Part shown: positions 1 through 19,899 of the stretch, one piece after another
Numbering within the stretch: position 1 is the first letter of the stretch
Layout of the letters: every line of letters begins with the position of its first letter
Source of the DNA: the human T2T-CHM13v2.0 reference genome, Homo sapiens
Reading direction: 5' to 3' (one strand)
DNA length: 64,000 nt
Assembly: GCF_009914755.1 (NCBI RefSeq)
Contig: NC_060925.1
Made by a program: the position numbers and the translations under genes
The notes under the pieces: model-generated
Databases searched by the model: none
What the model saw: only the letters and a program-made list of their open reading frames with translations
What the model was told of the DNA's origin: nothing

Positions 1-654
1 TGGGGCCCTGGGAGGAGGGGCCTCCCTCCCCAAGGAAAAGCCACGTGGGGTAGGGAGAGAGCAGATACAATGGCAACAGTGGTCAGCAGTCAACCAAGAG
101 GCCCGGGATGGATGTCACTGAGGAAACTGGATCTGGACTTGCCACATATTAGCCTTAAAACTCTGTGCATTCAGTTGAAGCAAATTCACTTTGAGTCTCA
201 ATAATGTGTTGTGTTGCTTGTGTATTTAATTTTTAAAAGAGCTTAAGATAGTTGCTGTCAGGTTTTCATTTTAGCTTATTAGATCTCTTAAAGCTATTAA
301 CCATCATTGAAAGATGGCTGTCTCTTAAAAGTTTGATTTAGGAGAGTTGTATTTATAGATTGAAGTTTCATAGTCATATTTAAAAGATGGACATCAAACT
401 AACCGTTTTCTTGTTTTGTTTGATAGAATTCTAAGTGCATGACAATAGCTTTAAGAGATGGGGCTTGAATTGTATTTAAATTTCAACTCAGTAGACACAT
501 GACCCTCTGCTACCATTTCAGTAGTGTTAGAAGCCCATTGACTGTTTCTGAGATTATCATTGGGCTGCTTTTGTGGAACTCAAGGTGCTATTTAAATGTA
601 ACGATGTCTTACTGGCTTTCTGCAAACTTATGTGTTTGGTGTGGTGAAGACCTA

Positions 655-1477
<823 letters not shown>

Positions 1478-1843
1478 TCATGGGTGTGTCATGAAGCAGA
1501 AGACAGCCTTCCCCTGTGGGTGGCTAGAAGCTCCGTCCCTCCCGTCAGACGGTGAGCACCCCAAAGGCAGGGGCTGTGCTCCCCACAGGGTCGGGGAGGG
1601 AGGGACCACTTCCTCCTCTCTGCATCTCCTGCCAGTCTCTAGAACAGAGCGCTGCCCACTTCACTGGTGGCAACCCACATTCCAGCTGGTGACAACCCAC
1701 AGGACCCCCTGCCTCCATCGGAGGCCCCGAGAGACCCTCCTCTTGTGGCAGGGGCCCACCAACATGGGTGGGACTCCCACTACAAAGCCCTGGCACAGAG
1801 CAGAGGGTGGTCTGTGCCCAGGGCTGGCCCTTGCCGCTGCTCA

Positions 1844-2086
<243 letters not shown>

Positions 2087-3161
2087 TCAACTCCTTGCAG
2101 TGGCCTAAATGCATTTCCTATCTCTGCTCGCAGTTGTTGAAATGTGAGGACTTCTCACGGGCAGCTGGGCCAGAAGTCTCTTTCTTTACATGCCATAGGG
2201 AACCCTGGGTCTCCTTTCCCATGGGGCCACAGAGTGGGGGAGCCCTGGCCCTACTGTCTCCTGTGGGACATAAAACTTCTCCTTCCTGGAAAGCTTCTTG
2301 GGCAATCCCCTCTGCCTTGTGGTTTGCTAAGTCAGGCTGAACAAGCCCTCCAGGACTCTAGGGGTCCTAGGCCCTCTCTCCTCCCTCTCCACCTCCTTCC
2401 CATCACCTGCCTTCTTGCTCCCCTCTCAGCTTCTTTGATATATTCTCTAATAATCTCCCATGCCTTTGCACAAATGCATTTTGCCCTTAAAATCGAACAG
2501 GGTTGAAACCTTTCCCAGCATTCAGGGACCTATATGATTTTGTCTTAATTTGCCTTCCCAGACTCGGCACCCAGGCCTCCTGTATGTGCAATATATCCCA
2601 GCCCAAAGGGGCCACTTTATCCTCTCTGGCAATGTCCCCAGATCTCCTTATAATGCACTTGCTACTGTCTGTCCTAGGCCGCCCTAGCTATCTCTACCCA
2701 GTGAAGGCCTGTCCAACTTCAAGTTCTGGCTCTCGTGCCCCAAACTCCACAAACTTCTTGACCTCGAGGAAGCCACCATCTCCCTCTACTCAATTCCTTC
2801 AATAGTTGAGGCCCCGAAATAAGGTACTGTCCTGATTTCACACCACAGCCTGCTCTGAGCCTGTTCCTGGGGCTCGGCTAGCTTCTCCTCTCTTAGTTCG
2901 TGAATGTGCACGCGGGGGCTACTGGGTTTCAGTTATAGATGGGTTCTCCTTCTGCCCCCAGAGCCCACCACCCCCAGGATGGCTGGAACCCCGTGCATCT
3001 GTGTTGGGAATGGGTGAGCAGTGACGTGCTGTGGATAAGGTGTGGAAAAGGCGTGATAGGGCAGAGCTGCCAGGAACCCAGCTCAGGGCAGCAGTCACTT
3101 CTCTGGGGACTCTTGGAGGAAAAGGCCTTTCCAGTCACTGTTAACAGAGGTCTAGGGATGA

Positions 3162-3518
<357 letters not shown>

Positions 3519-3548
3519 TAACTGTATGGAAGAAAAATGCGAGAGTTC

Positions 3549-3861
<313 letters not shown>

Positions 3862-4051
3862 TCAAGACATGGGCTGTACTCTGTGGATGGGGGAGCCACA
3901 GGCTGGCTGGGCTTTACTTTCCAGCCCTCCATCCAGATACTTGTGGGCCTGCCGGTGTGCTGGGTCCCATGAGTCTTTCCTGCCAGTCTCCACCTCTTTT
4001 CTGCTTCTCTCCAGCCCCTGAGTTCAGTGTGTGTAAACTGGAGCCACATCA

Positions 4052-4270
<219 letters not shown>

Positions 4271-4428
4271 TCAGAAGGAGTGGAGTGGGCAGTCCTATCC
4301 CTGAGGAACTGAACTCTAAGAAACTCTGATGCTTGTAGCCACATAGAGGATACAGCTGAACCCTGGGCACCAGACTGAGGCTGGAGGGGGCAGGGGTGCT
4401 GAGTGGCAGAGAGGGTGAAGCCCGTCAC

Positions 4429-4558
4429 CTGATTTCTCATGGAATCAGCCCGGATGGGGTCTTCCGCAGCCAGTGCAGCGCTGCTGAGCAGGATGAAGAG
4501 CAGGATGAAGTTGGTAAACCAGGTGGCATTGACGATGCGGTGACACAGGACACGGATC
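4429..4558 (-). CDS. CACNA1S: CACNA1S exon 18 (130 nt), IIIS1
   Basis: [43 protein letters not shown]. Confidence 0.97.
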
Positions 4559-5197
4559 CTGGTGGGGCGAGGTAGGGAGGGCAGGGGAGCTGTGAGCTGC
4601 TGGAGGCTCAGGCCTCATCAGCCTCCATCCTGCGGACGAACATGGAATACACCTCCTGCTCCTCCCTGGCCAGGAGAGAAGTGCAGCCCTGCACCTGCAG
4701 GGTCCTCTGGCTGGACACACAGGGGGCCCTGACCTCTCACTCTGTTTCTAAAGCCTTAGTTCCTCCTCCCAGCCAAGCCCCTCCCACCACCTGCCCCTTC
4801 CTGCAATTATGGCACCACCCTGAGGTTTCCCATCAAATGAAAATGGGACAGGCTGGTCTCTATCCATGAGGCAGACAGATGAAACTCCACAGAGACTATG
4901 GCCTGTGTATAGTTTAAAGGTGTAAAATTATGAAGCCGATAAAAACTATAGCTTCCCTTGCTCTCTCCCCCTTGACCTGTCTAAAGCTCTTCTCTCAGAA
5001 AGGAACCAATAAACAGGTCCCTCTTAGGTGTAAATAACTGATAAGGTTTAAAGCATTACTTTTCCCAGATATACTAGCATTTTAAACAGGGCACAAGATC
5101 TTAAGCTAAAACACTGAGTTTCTCATAGTATAACTGTAGGCATGGAGAGTCAGACAGGGTTTTTTCTAGGGCAGGGAAGCAGATGAGAGCCGCATCA

Positions 5198-5638
<441 letters not shown>

Positions 5639-7711
5639 TCAAGGCTCGATCCACACAGCCTCAAATATCCATAGGCTGGGGGATGGAGTGGGAAACGCTG
5701 CTTCAGAAGAAGAGACCTGGGTCCTAGTCCCAGGTCTGCGTCTAACTTGCTGTGCAGTGCTGGGAAGGTCTGTGCCCTTCCTTAGCGTCAGTTTCCAATT
5801 TGTGAAACCGACAAGGGGCAGGAGGGTTGTTGAAATAAAAGGACCCTGTGATCCTCTCCTGGGCTAGGATTTTAAAAATAGTAACTTCACAGAGAAGCTT
5901 CTTCCAGCATGGAAAAAAGCAATCAGAATTTCTTGAGCTTCACCCAGTCCCCAGGATGCAGGCAGGGGATAGGGGATGAAGAGACGGACATTCCAAGCAC
6001 ATTCACTGGGTCTCATGACCTCAAGAGGAAGCTGAGTACCCGAAATCCTCAGCTCCCAGGGTGGGAGAATCCCGTGATCAGACGGTGGGGGCACTATTCA
6101 AAGCTGGGGTTTCTCTTGGTTCCCTCCCCTGACAGCTACCTCCTCCCTAACCCTCCTGGCCCCTGGCAGAGGCCTTGAGGGAAGCCAAGAGCTACTGGAT
6201 TCTACTGTCTCCATCATGGCCACCTGTAGGGGTTCTCAAATCCACCAAGTCACATTCCAATTTTTCTGTTCCCCCGAGAAGCTAGAACTCTTATTCCTTG
6301 GAATGAGTGTCCTAACGTGACACTTTCTGTCTTGCCCAGCCTGCCACAGACCCCAGAGACACATTTCACGCTTAATCGCAGAGACCATTAATTCTTCGAG
6401 TTAGCATATTTGCATCTTTCCCCCGCCTTCTTACTTCCTCCACCTATGCCCAGTTTGTTAATTTCATTGCACATATCTTTTGCTGTAAGCCATTTCAAAC
6501 TATTTTTAGAAAGAAGCAGGATATAAACACATTCAGTCCCCTTGGTAAGACTCTCTTCCTGCTGTCCAGCCCACACCCCCTCTACCCCTCCTCTCCTTAC
6601 TTCTTTCCAGCCCCTTCCTTGTCCCTGACCTCAGATTTCCTGTCAGCCACCATCTCACCTGCACACAAGTCACTGCCATCTAAGAGGTGATAACTGTTAG
6701 ATGAAACAACTCAAAATGAGTTATTCTAAAACACAAATATTCATTGCTGGTAGATATTTGAAGAAATTTCATTATTCTTATTTGTACCAGCTCCATTCTC
6801 CCCATACTTCACTTTGCAAAATTCTTTCATGCATTCATTCATTCAATTTATTGAGTGCCTCCTCTGAGCCAAACACTGTGCTGTGTGGAACACAAAAGTC
6901 CCCCTGGAGCTTAGAGTCACTGGGGCAAACAGATGCTAATCAGCTGATTCCATAAGTAGACATACAAGTAGCTGATCAGCTGATGGGACAAGTAGATCTA
7001 AAATTGCCCCACTGACCCGGTGATCCGAAGGACCCAGGACCCAGAGAGTTCTTGGGCCCCAGGGCTCTGCCAGGTGGCCTGGTAAGATTAATTCAGCCTG
7101 GTTCTGCTTGTCCTCTTCTTGGTCCAGATAAATGGGATTTCTGCAGCAGTCACTGGCTATTTGCATTTATGAGATGTTTGTGGTTTATCCACGGTTGTTT
7201 CTTATCCATGCTCCCCCTACCCCACCATTGTTTCCTCCTCTTGGACTTTCCCACATTGCCTGCCATGGTTCTATCCATCCCTGTATCCTTCCGGCCCCCA
7301 GCCCTACCGGACACTGGATAGTGAGTAATCTGCCTCATCACGACATATATGGGCGTGTCCTCATTTATGATCCATTCTGCATGACTGGCAGGGAAGACTT
7401 GTATACCCACGTGTCCCTGTGCTTCTTGAAAACTGAGTCCTTGGCAGTGAGGCACATAGCTGGCACTCAATAAATACTTGCTGAGTTACATGAAAGTAAA
7501 ATGTATGGGTTTTTCTGTTGTGTGCATTGTTGAGAGAGACAAGCTGGCAGATGGCTTATTTGCACAGAAGGGATGTCTCCGGTGTTCTGATCTCCACATG
7601 GAGGGGTACAGGTAGGGACACACAAGAGACTGCCCATGGGGAGAATTCAGGACCGGCACACCCCTACTTCACCCCAGCACCCTGCTCCAGTCCAGTCTCC
7701 AGCATCCTCAC

Positions 7712-7781
7712 CTGGGAAGTCGGCTGAGGGGTAGGGATCCTTCACCTCATTGACATTAGATTCAAACTCATCGATTTTCAG
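7712..7781 (-). CDS. CACNA1S: CACNA1S exon 16 (70 nt), II-III loop
   Basis: [23 protein letters not shown]; AG/GTGAG. Confidence 0.96.
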
Positions 7782-8403
7782 CTGTAGGAAGGAACACAAT
7801 GACTATAACAATGAAAAAGAAGTTGCGGTTTCCCCTCAATGAGCATATACTGGAGAGCCTGTTAGCGTTCAGCTCACTTAATCATCCCTACAGCCTAAGG
7901 AACAGGGAATATTATGATCATCCCCATTTTACAAATGAGAGGCCAGGCCCAGCAAGGCCAGACAACTTGCAAAAGCTCCCACGGGGCAAGGCCTGAGCCC
8001 GCCCTAGCCTGTCTGACTCTATCTTCACATACCCACTGCTTGGTTCTCCAGAAGGGAGTTGAGCTTCCCCAGGCCAGGACCTCGAGCCTCTCTGGGCCCA
8101 GTTCCCTGACTTTTTGAACTCCACTTCCTCAGTTTTCAGGAATGGTGAGCAGAGCCAGATGGGAATGAGCAGGGCAGGGCTAGCAATGGTGGAAGCCGGT
8201 CTGGGCCTCTCAGTGGAACAGCGGGTGTCAGGGAGAGGAAATACCTCCTTGGTCTGGAGTGGGAAGCTGCTACGCTGGAGAAGTCTGGTTCCCAGATTGG
8301 GAGGTCTGTGCCTCTCAGTGCAGGAGTCCCTGGAGATGGATTCGCTGGCTCTCCCTCCAGTCGTACGCAGGGAGATGCCCTCACCTGGCTGATAACTCTC
8401 CTA

Positions 8404-8601
<198 letters not shown>

Positions 8602-9458
8602 TTAGAAAACCCAAAGTGGAAGCCAAACCAGAAAGTTCTCAGGGATCTGCTGAACCTGACAACACCTTCAGGAGGATCCCACACCAAGGGCTCCAGGGGA
8701 TCTGTAGGAGGAGTGGCATCAGCCCCCAAATGGGAAGGGCAGTGGGCTCAGGCAAGTCCCTTCTCTGTGGTGAGAGGGCCCGACACACAGCATGGGCCCA
8801 TGGCTACCAGTGGCTCACTGGTCAGCCATGTTTAACGTTGGTTGATAGTGAATGGGTGGAGTGTGGCTTTGTACTGGGTTTATACGAGATTCATAGAGTG
8901 GAAGCATGGTTTGCCCAAGATGGCTCCAACTCTTTAGAAATGTCTGAACTCCATTGCTGGTCCCTCTTTTTCCATCTTGCCTCCACAGGAATGGGTGTCC
9001 CATTCCTGTAGGCATGGGCATTGGAAGAAGCAGAACTCTGTCTAGAACCTAGGTACTTGAAGCATAATCCTCCAACCAGCAGCATGGGCACCACCGGGGA
9101 GCCTGTTCGATGTAGAACTCCAACCCTGCCCAGAGGCATAGCGACTCAGTGACAGGGTTGGGAGGGGAATTCCCAGGATCCCTCCGCAGGGGAGCCCTGC
9201 CCAACTGGCCAGGCTCTGAGGCTCTGGCATTCTACATCCTGAGGCCTGTCTGTCCAGAAGGCCAACTTGTCTCTGTTCTTGCCCCCAGGGAAGGATCTCA
9301 GCCACCCCCATGTGCAGGTTACAGAAGTTTGCCCACTGAGGTGGGTGTCACCATGTCAGGGACCCTGATCATTGGGTTACAGGGAGGCCCTGTCCAGAGC
9401 TGGAAGGCCATGGCCACGACTGAGCACTCCAGGTCCCTTCCTGCTAAGGAAGCACTCA

Positions 9459-11051
<1,593 letters not shown>

Positions 11052-11841
11052 CTAGAAGCTTATTGCTGCTCTCTATGGACAAGAAATTGGACTGTGGGCT
11101 CACCATTTCCCTGTTCTCTTCCTAACCCCCGGGCTTCACTGTGCTTCACCCACCCAGGCCTCCTGTTATTCTGGCCTTAGAAGTCCTGTGAAATGTCGAG
11201 TCTCTTGAAAGGCCGGAGGCCTGACCAGCCAGTGGGGCTAATGGAAGAAAGAGAGGATCGACGGACGATCACACACTGCCTTTCTCACTGGTACAAGAGG
11301 GAGGTGTCACTCATGAAATATGGGCCACTCCAGAGAGGAATGTTTCCACATCTACACTAAGAAAACTCCTCCAGGAGGCCAGGGACCCTGAAAGCTTCTC
11401 ACTGGGCCACAGCCATGCTCCCTTGGGTGGCTGATAGTGAATCGGCTGTGCCGCCCCTGCAGAGTGAGAAATGGTTTGCGTTTCTCTGGGGCTTTCTCAG
11501 CCTTCGGGAGAAAAAGCTCCCCTTATCTGACTTTGCCCTGAGACCTGAGTGGCACATGAAAGCACGCATCCGGACTCCCAGGCCATCCCTAACCCAGTCA
11601 TATTATCCTGCAGTAGGCCAGCACTGTGCTGGGCACCAGAAACAAAGACTAATCAGACAAAGTAGGTGCAGCTGCAGTGAAGGAGACCCATAAGCAAGTG
11701 TTACAATGGAGAGAAGCACAGGTGATAGGGGAGCCCAGAGAAGGACATTGCACTCAACCAGCAGATCAGACAAGGCTTCCTGGAGAAGGTGATGCCCACC
11801 TTGATCTTGAAGGACAAGAAGCAGGATTCAGCAACCGTTCA

Positions 11842-12198
<357 letters not shown>

Positions 12199-12829
12199 TC
12201 ACGGCTGGAAGGCCCTGGATTCATGGCTGCATGCCCACTCTCTCCTTCCTGCAGAGCACTTGTCTGTTTGTAATTTCACGCTGGTTAATATGACTATTGA
12301 TTAACTTTAGGTCCCATCACTGGACGAGAAACCCCGTGAGAATAAGGACAGCTTTTCTCCTGTGCACCCTCGATGCCCTGTGCTTAGCACAGTACCCAGC
12401 TCATGCAAGTGACGGATAAATAGTGCAAGCAGATGAACCTCTCTCCACTTCCCTCACCACCTCACAAAGGCCCTGATAGTCTGTGTTCCTCCTTCTTTCT
12501 TATTTCCACCCCTTTCCCTACAGCTCTTCCTGTCCTCCTTCCCTCTTCCCATCTTTCCTTTTCTTTTCTTCCTTTCTCTTTTCCACCACCCCCACTCCCT
12601 GCCCTGCCATAGACTATGGTAAGAAAAAAAACAGAGAAATGAGTTCAAAGTGGGGAAGTGATTCTTTTTTCACAGAAGGAGGTTATTTCAAGGAGGGAGG
12701 GAAGTCTGGGCAAGGGACCAGTGGTGAACCTGCACAGATCCCAGACCTCAGGAAATGAGATGGGTGTAGACCAGACCAGCCCGTGGTGCCTGCCGGGGAC
12801 CCGGGAGTGCCAGCCGACCCCGGCACTCA

Positions 12830-13084
<255 letters not shown>

Positions 13085-13176
13085 TCACTCTCCTTCCCTT
13101 CTCCTGACTCCCAGCCTTGGCTGTGGCTGGGCCTCAACCCAGGACGCCCCTTCCCTTGTTTCCAAGGCACCATGGA

Positions 13177-13450
13177 TGTTTTTTGGGGGTGCAGGGGGCA
13201 GGGCCTCACTCTGCCCAGACTGGAGTGAAGTGGCACAATTATGGCACACTGCAGCCTCGACTTCCCAGGATCAAGTGATCCTCCCCACTACCGGCATGCA
13301 CCACCACATCCAGCTAGTTTTTTGTATTTTTAATAGAGACAGGGTTTCGTCATGTTGCCCAGGCTGGTCTTGAACTCCTGGGCTCAAGCAATCCACTGGC
13401 CTCAGCCTCCCAAAATGCTGGGATTACAGGTGTGAGCCACTATGCCCAGC
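13177..13450 (-). mobile_element. Alu (old AluJ-like, degraded)
   Basis: Reverse Alu with internal deletion. Confidence 0.85.
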
Positions 13451-13789
13451 GAATTTTTAAATTAGCTTCAAAAAAAAAAAAAAAAAAACCCGGTAAATTT
13501 TGCCCATTGATTTCTTGCAAGCTAACTCATATCATATTTAACAGGAAGAGGATTTTATTACTCTTAATTCTACTGAAGTTCATTAAGTCTGCTACTCTCT
13601 CATTCCTATACACCTCCCTCCTGGTAGAGAAGGGTCCTGCCACCTACCTGAAGCCAATCCATCCTCCCACGCTTTGCCCCCTCCCCCTTTTCGGGAAGCT
13701 CCCTGTCCATGATTCTTTTTCTTTCCTATATATTTAACTTCTTTCTTTCAAATGGACCCTCACTTTGCCATTCTTAAAGCCAAAGTCTA

Positions 13790-14113
<324 letters not shown>

Positions 14114-14529
14114 CTATCTTCTATCCTAGCTCTCTCCTCCCTGTCACCGTCAAACTCCCGAAAGTTGTCTATATTGCTCTCTTCACTTCTTCACCCCCTG
14201 CCCTGCCACATTTGCTCTTCACCTCATCCCTACCTGGATGCACCCTCACTACTTCACCAACACTACTCTCTCCAGGGGCATCGATCTGCCACATCCAATG
14301 CTAATCTAACCCTCCTGCTCCTGACCTCCCAGCAGCACTGGGCACTGTTGACCATTCTCTTGCTTTTTCAAGCATTCTGTCCTTGGTTTCTGTGGTGCCA
14401 CATCCTTCTGGGTTTCCTCTACTTCTCTGTATTTTCCTAAGCCTCCTCTGCAGATGCATTCTTTACATCAGCAAGTATAGGGTCTTCCAGTTCTCCCCAC
14501 CCCCACCCCTCCACTTTCTTTCTGTGTCC

Positions 14530-14978
14530 ACTGAAAATCGCAGAGCGCTTTGACCGCTCTGGGACCCGCAGCTACAGGTTTTCCTCAGCAGGCTTGACCT
14601 CAAACTGGGGCCTTGAACATTCCTAGGCACTAATAAAGGTAATAGGTGTTGCCCCAAACATTGAAAGGAACTGGCCACAGCCCTGAGCCAGATTCCTTAA
14701 ACCCTTATCTAAAGTCCATGCCCTGACCCCATTGCTGCAGATAAGTCTGGGTAGAACACCCCTTTTCTCTTGCTGTCCATCATGAGAATTGCTGCAACAT
14801 TCTGTATAGTAAGTTTCCCCAACAAAAGCTTTGGACTGATCACCCTGGCATTTAGTGCTTCTTTCTTTGGAATCGCAACCAACCCTATCTCAAGACTGTT
14901 TGGGGTAGTCCTTTGTGAGAATTCCCCTACCACAGCTTTTGGGGCAATTCCAGCTGAAGGTTCAGCAGGATGAAACAG
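14530..14978. mobile_element. Probable ERV1-class solo LTR
   Basis: TG...CA ends; LTR-like motifs (AATAAA, TTAGTGCTTCTTTCTTTGGAATC); inserted within L2-like sequence. Confidence 0.45.
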
Positions 14979-15019
14979 CGAGTCATTGAATGCTTGATTT
15001 GAGTGATACCCTTGAGTAT

Positions 15020-15345
15020 ACACTCTCCCCTGGAGATCTGGTGTTATCTAAGACCACAGCTTCAGACCATCCCCTCCAATGCGTCCCAGATTTAGTTCTT
15101 CAGCTGAGACTGCTCTGCTGAGTTCCAGACCTATTTTTCCGTCTGCTACCTTGACATATCCATTGGGATGTCTCAAAGGCACATCAAACTCACCATGCCC
15201 AAGACAAAGCTCAGGGATACTGCTCATCCTCCCCCACTACCCCAAATACTTGGTCATTAACCATTTTCTCAGTAGGTGGCACTACTAGCCATTTATCTGC
15301 ATAGGTCACAAACCTCAAAATCACCCCTGACTCCTCTTGGTGGGC
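15020..15345. mobile_element. L2 LINE fragment
   Basis: TGACATATCCATTGGGATGTCTCAAAGGCACATCAAACTC resembles the L2 3' region. Confidence 0.6.
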
Positions 15346-16580
15346 ACTGTTCACATCATCTCCACATTTGGTCATTGACAGTGTTTTGACAACGATTGGC
15401 ACATTCACGGTGCTCTCGAGAAGATTGGTTGAGATGAATGAATGAATGAATTCATCTGACCTGTAGCTAGTAATTTAAAACTAGCTTTGTTTCCTATTTC
15501 ATTCCCATAGAAAAAGATAATCTTGTTTTCTATTTATTTTCCTTCTTTTACCTCTTTCATCATTTTAAACAGTCTCCTTTGTACTGTTCTATCATCTCAG
15601 GTTTTTGGGGCTGCCAGCTTCCATTGATTGTACCTGATGACTCTTTCTCAGGGTGGCTCTGTTCCTTATTTGGTTTGCAGTTTTTTGTTGTTGTTGTTTG
15701 TTTGTTTGTTTTTTTAATTGTGATCTCATCTTCAGGAAACACTTTTCCCTTCAGAAATTCTATATGCCTTAGATTAAGAAGCATCCTTAAAGAATGGTTT
15801 ATGTTTGCTTCTGTTGAGTACCCCAGGGATTTTACTTGTTTGCAACTTGATTTTTATGTTACTATTTTAGTTTAGAATCCTTGGACCATGAGAGGTAGTG
15901 TATATTGGACCCCATACCTATATAAGGCACTGATAGGATTTTGATTTTTCACTTGAGACATTTTTCCTTTCTCCCAGGGCCTCTAGCAGGAATAAACTTC
16001 CAAGCTCATTTCCTGGCCCAGTGAGATTTTGGCTTCCCTTCCATGGGGGCAGCCTTTCCAGGGCCCTGGCTCTATGTAGGTATGACAGTGCCAGTTCCCA
16101 CCTCATGCAGGTCCAGGGCCCTGTCTCCAGCCCTGCACAGGCCTTAGGAACCCAGCTGCTACCCATTAGGGTTTAGGCCTAGGCCTAAAATGTCCTTGGA
16201 AGTCAGTTCACAAGCTCGCTGCTCTGGCTTTGGGTCACTTCTTTGTTTCTGCCACTAAAAGACTTCCTTTTCATTCCAGGAAACATCATTCTTATGCCTT
16301 ATGCAGCAGTGTTACTTGTTTGTAGTGGGGAGGGCACTGAGTTTGTCCACCGTGTTGTTGGAACTGGTCAGTCTTTTCTCGTATCCTACTCGTCTCACGG
16401 TCCAGAGCTTCACACCCAGGTGAACATCTACCATGTGGACGAGGCCGACTCACTGACCTTCCACCAAGACTGATCTTTCCAAGACTCAAGTCTGATCACA
16501 TTATATTCTTGCTTTTAACTTCTCACTGGCTTTCCATTGCCTAAAGTGTAAAGTCCAACACTTTATTCACATATAAGGCC

Positions 16581-17318
<738 letters not shown>

Positions 17319-18111
17319 AGGCCCCCATGAGCAAACACATGTGTTGCCACTCTCTTAGTCACATGCAAAGTTCTTACGGCTTCCTGAATTTACTAAACTG
17401 TTTTACGTCTTCATATCTTTGCACACACTGTTCCTTCTCCAGGATCCCCTCCTCCCTTTGACTGCCTAGGGCTTGTTTACCTATCCTTTAAGATCCACAG
17501 AGTTTCAGCATCTCTTCTGTGATTCTCCTCTTGCTGCTACCTTGTATTTACCTCTATCATTGCCCTCCTTCTATTGACTTGGAATTATTTATTAAGATCA
17601 GTCTTCCCCTCTGGCTAAGTAAGCTCCTTGAAGCCAGGAGTGGTGTATTAGTGTTCTCTGTATCCTGAGTTCTTTTCCTGTGCCTTACATGTAGGATGCA
17701 CTCAATAAATAGTTGGTGAAAGACTGTTGTTTTTGTAGAATTTGAACTTGGGTGCTTAGAGTTCCAAATTACTAGCAATTTTATGTCCAGTGATCTGTGA
17801 TTGGAATAATCTGCCCGGACACCTGGGCAAGCACCTGTCCCAGCCTATTGCTTTTACTGACCTTGGTAAGTAACAAAGCCATGAAGAGGAAAATTGGGTA
17901 TGTTGCTTTGCCACTTGAGGTCTCCGTTTTACCCCCGTGAAAGGAGCTGATTAGGTCATATAATCCAGCACTCATGGTCCATAATTTTTAGAAAAATGAT
18001 GTCAATATCTAATTGACCTCTTCTGCACAACCTGTGGTGCCATTGGCTGATTTTGACATCAAGCCACAGCCACATGTGCCCTCCTCCCGGCTTCACTCCG
18101 TTCCGCCTCAC

Positions 18112-18272
18112 CTTGCAAACGGGTCAGCCAGAGAGGCTGGTTGTGGTGCTCTGAGGCGATAGACAGGGTGTTGAGGGCAACGATGAGAATCACCAGCCAA
18201 TAGAAGACCTTGGACTTCACGATGTCATGGCACTTCCAGCGAAAGATGCGGTTCCACTGCCTCCAATGTCGG
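18112..18272 (-). CDS. CACNA1S: CACNA1S exon 10 (161 nt), IIS1
   Basis: [53 protein letters not shown]. Confidence 0.97.
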
Positions 18273-18739
18273 CTGAGGGAGGGGACAGAGGATGGTCTAC
18301 AGTGCTGTGCTGTTCTACGCCCCACCTGTCCAAGCTACCTTCAGACAAACTCCAGGCATGCGTAGCCTGACCACCCCACTTCCGCCAGCCACATGAGAGA
18401 AGCTCAGGGCATGAGCTAGGGAGCCAGACTGAGTAAAATCCTCCATCTTTCACAGAAGAGCAATAATGACACAAACCTCCGAGGCAATGGAATGAGAGGA
18501 TGCACGCAAAATGCTTAGCACAAGTGCCTGGCAAGGAGCAGACGCTCCGTGTGGTTTAATTTTAGTTAAAGCAACTCTGAGATGCCACGTTTTGCCCCTT
18601 ATCAAAGGCCACTCTTCAACAAATTAATAATATCTGGGGAGGGTGAGGGGAAATGAGCTTTGACAGTACAATCTTTTTGGGATGAATTGGCAGCACTTAC
18701 CAAAATTTAAAGTCTATATGCTCTGTTTATTAATGTTTT

Positions 18740-18845
18740 ATTATTTATTTATTTAGACAGGTCTTGCTAGGTTGCCCAGACTGGACTTGAACTCTTGTGC
18801 TCAAGTGACCCTCCCACCTCAGACTTCCGAGGAGCTGGGAGTAGC
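18740..18845 (-). mobile_element. Alu monomer fragment (FLAM-like)
   Basis: AGACAGGTCTTGC...CCCAGACTGGACTTGAACTC...CCTCCCACCTCAG. Confidence 0.7.
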
Positions 18846-19899
18846 TATACCCTTTGACCCAGCAAGTCTATTTCTAGAGTTCCTTTGGCAGAAGTGGTCA
18901 TACTCATCCACAACTGTTCCCTGCAGCACTGTTTGTATCGCCAAAGAGGGGAAAAATTAACTACATTATGGCATATTCATCCTGTGGAATGTTTTACATC
19001 CAAAGATACAAGAAGGAAAGTGAATCTGCTCCGAAAATTGCTCTCAATAGATAATTTTAAGTAAAAAAAGGTAAGTAACTAGATAATCCTTTATTGGATT
19101 ATCCTTTAGTGTGTATTATATTCATTTATTTGACAAATATTTGGCAACACCTCATATGTGCTAGGCACTCTTCTAGTCCCTGTGGTGACAGTAGTTAACA
19201 TAAACAACCCCATTATGTAAAAAATCAAAACAAAAACAAAAAAATCCTGGCACGTGTGTGTGTGTGCAAGACGGATGAAAGCACAGAAAAGATCTTAGAG
19301 GCTGCACATCTGTTACCATGGTTACCTCTTTGAAGGGCACTGGAGACCTTCATCTTTTCTTTGATGTATAGCTCTATTGTTTGATCTTTCAAAATCATAA
19401 TTAAGTATGAATTTGTAAAAGGAAACAGCCAACCAAATAAACAAACCCTCCTCTTAAGACAATGGCGAGAGAGCGTGGAGTGTGCTCTTGCCTCCAGCCT
19501 CCTTCCTGAGGGGCTCCCGGTTTGTGCAGCCTCTGCTGTGTACACTTTCCCTCTTCCCTCGCAGAGGTTTCCAACATGAATGACCTCACCCAGCTCTGCC
19601 CTGATCAGGGTGAAGTAGCAGCAAGCATGCTCACTGCTCCTGGAGGCTCCCAGTGTCCTTCTTATGTGCTATATAAATAGGTCATCTGCTCAGGACCCCT
19701 CTGATCACACATTCCCCGAGGATCTGGTCCCTGCGGAGTCCCTCAGAGCAGGAACTGGCCCTATTTTCTTAAAAAGGCTGCCTTTCTAAAGGATTAGACA
19801 AGTGACTCTGAAACCACTGAGGGGAAGTAACTGGACTCTACCCTCATGTCTCAGGGAGCTGGGGGTTGGGGGTTCCTGGGGCAGTGGGCAGATACTCAC

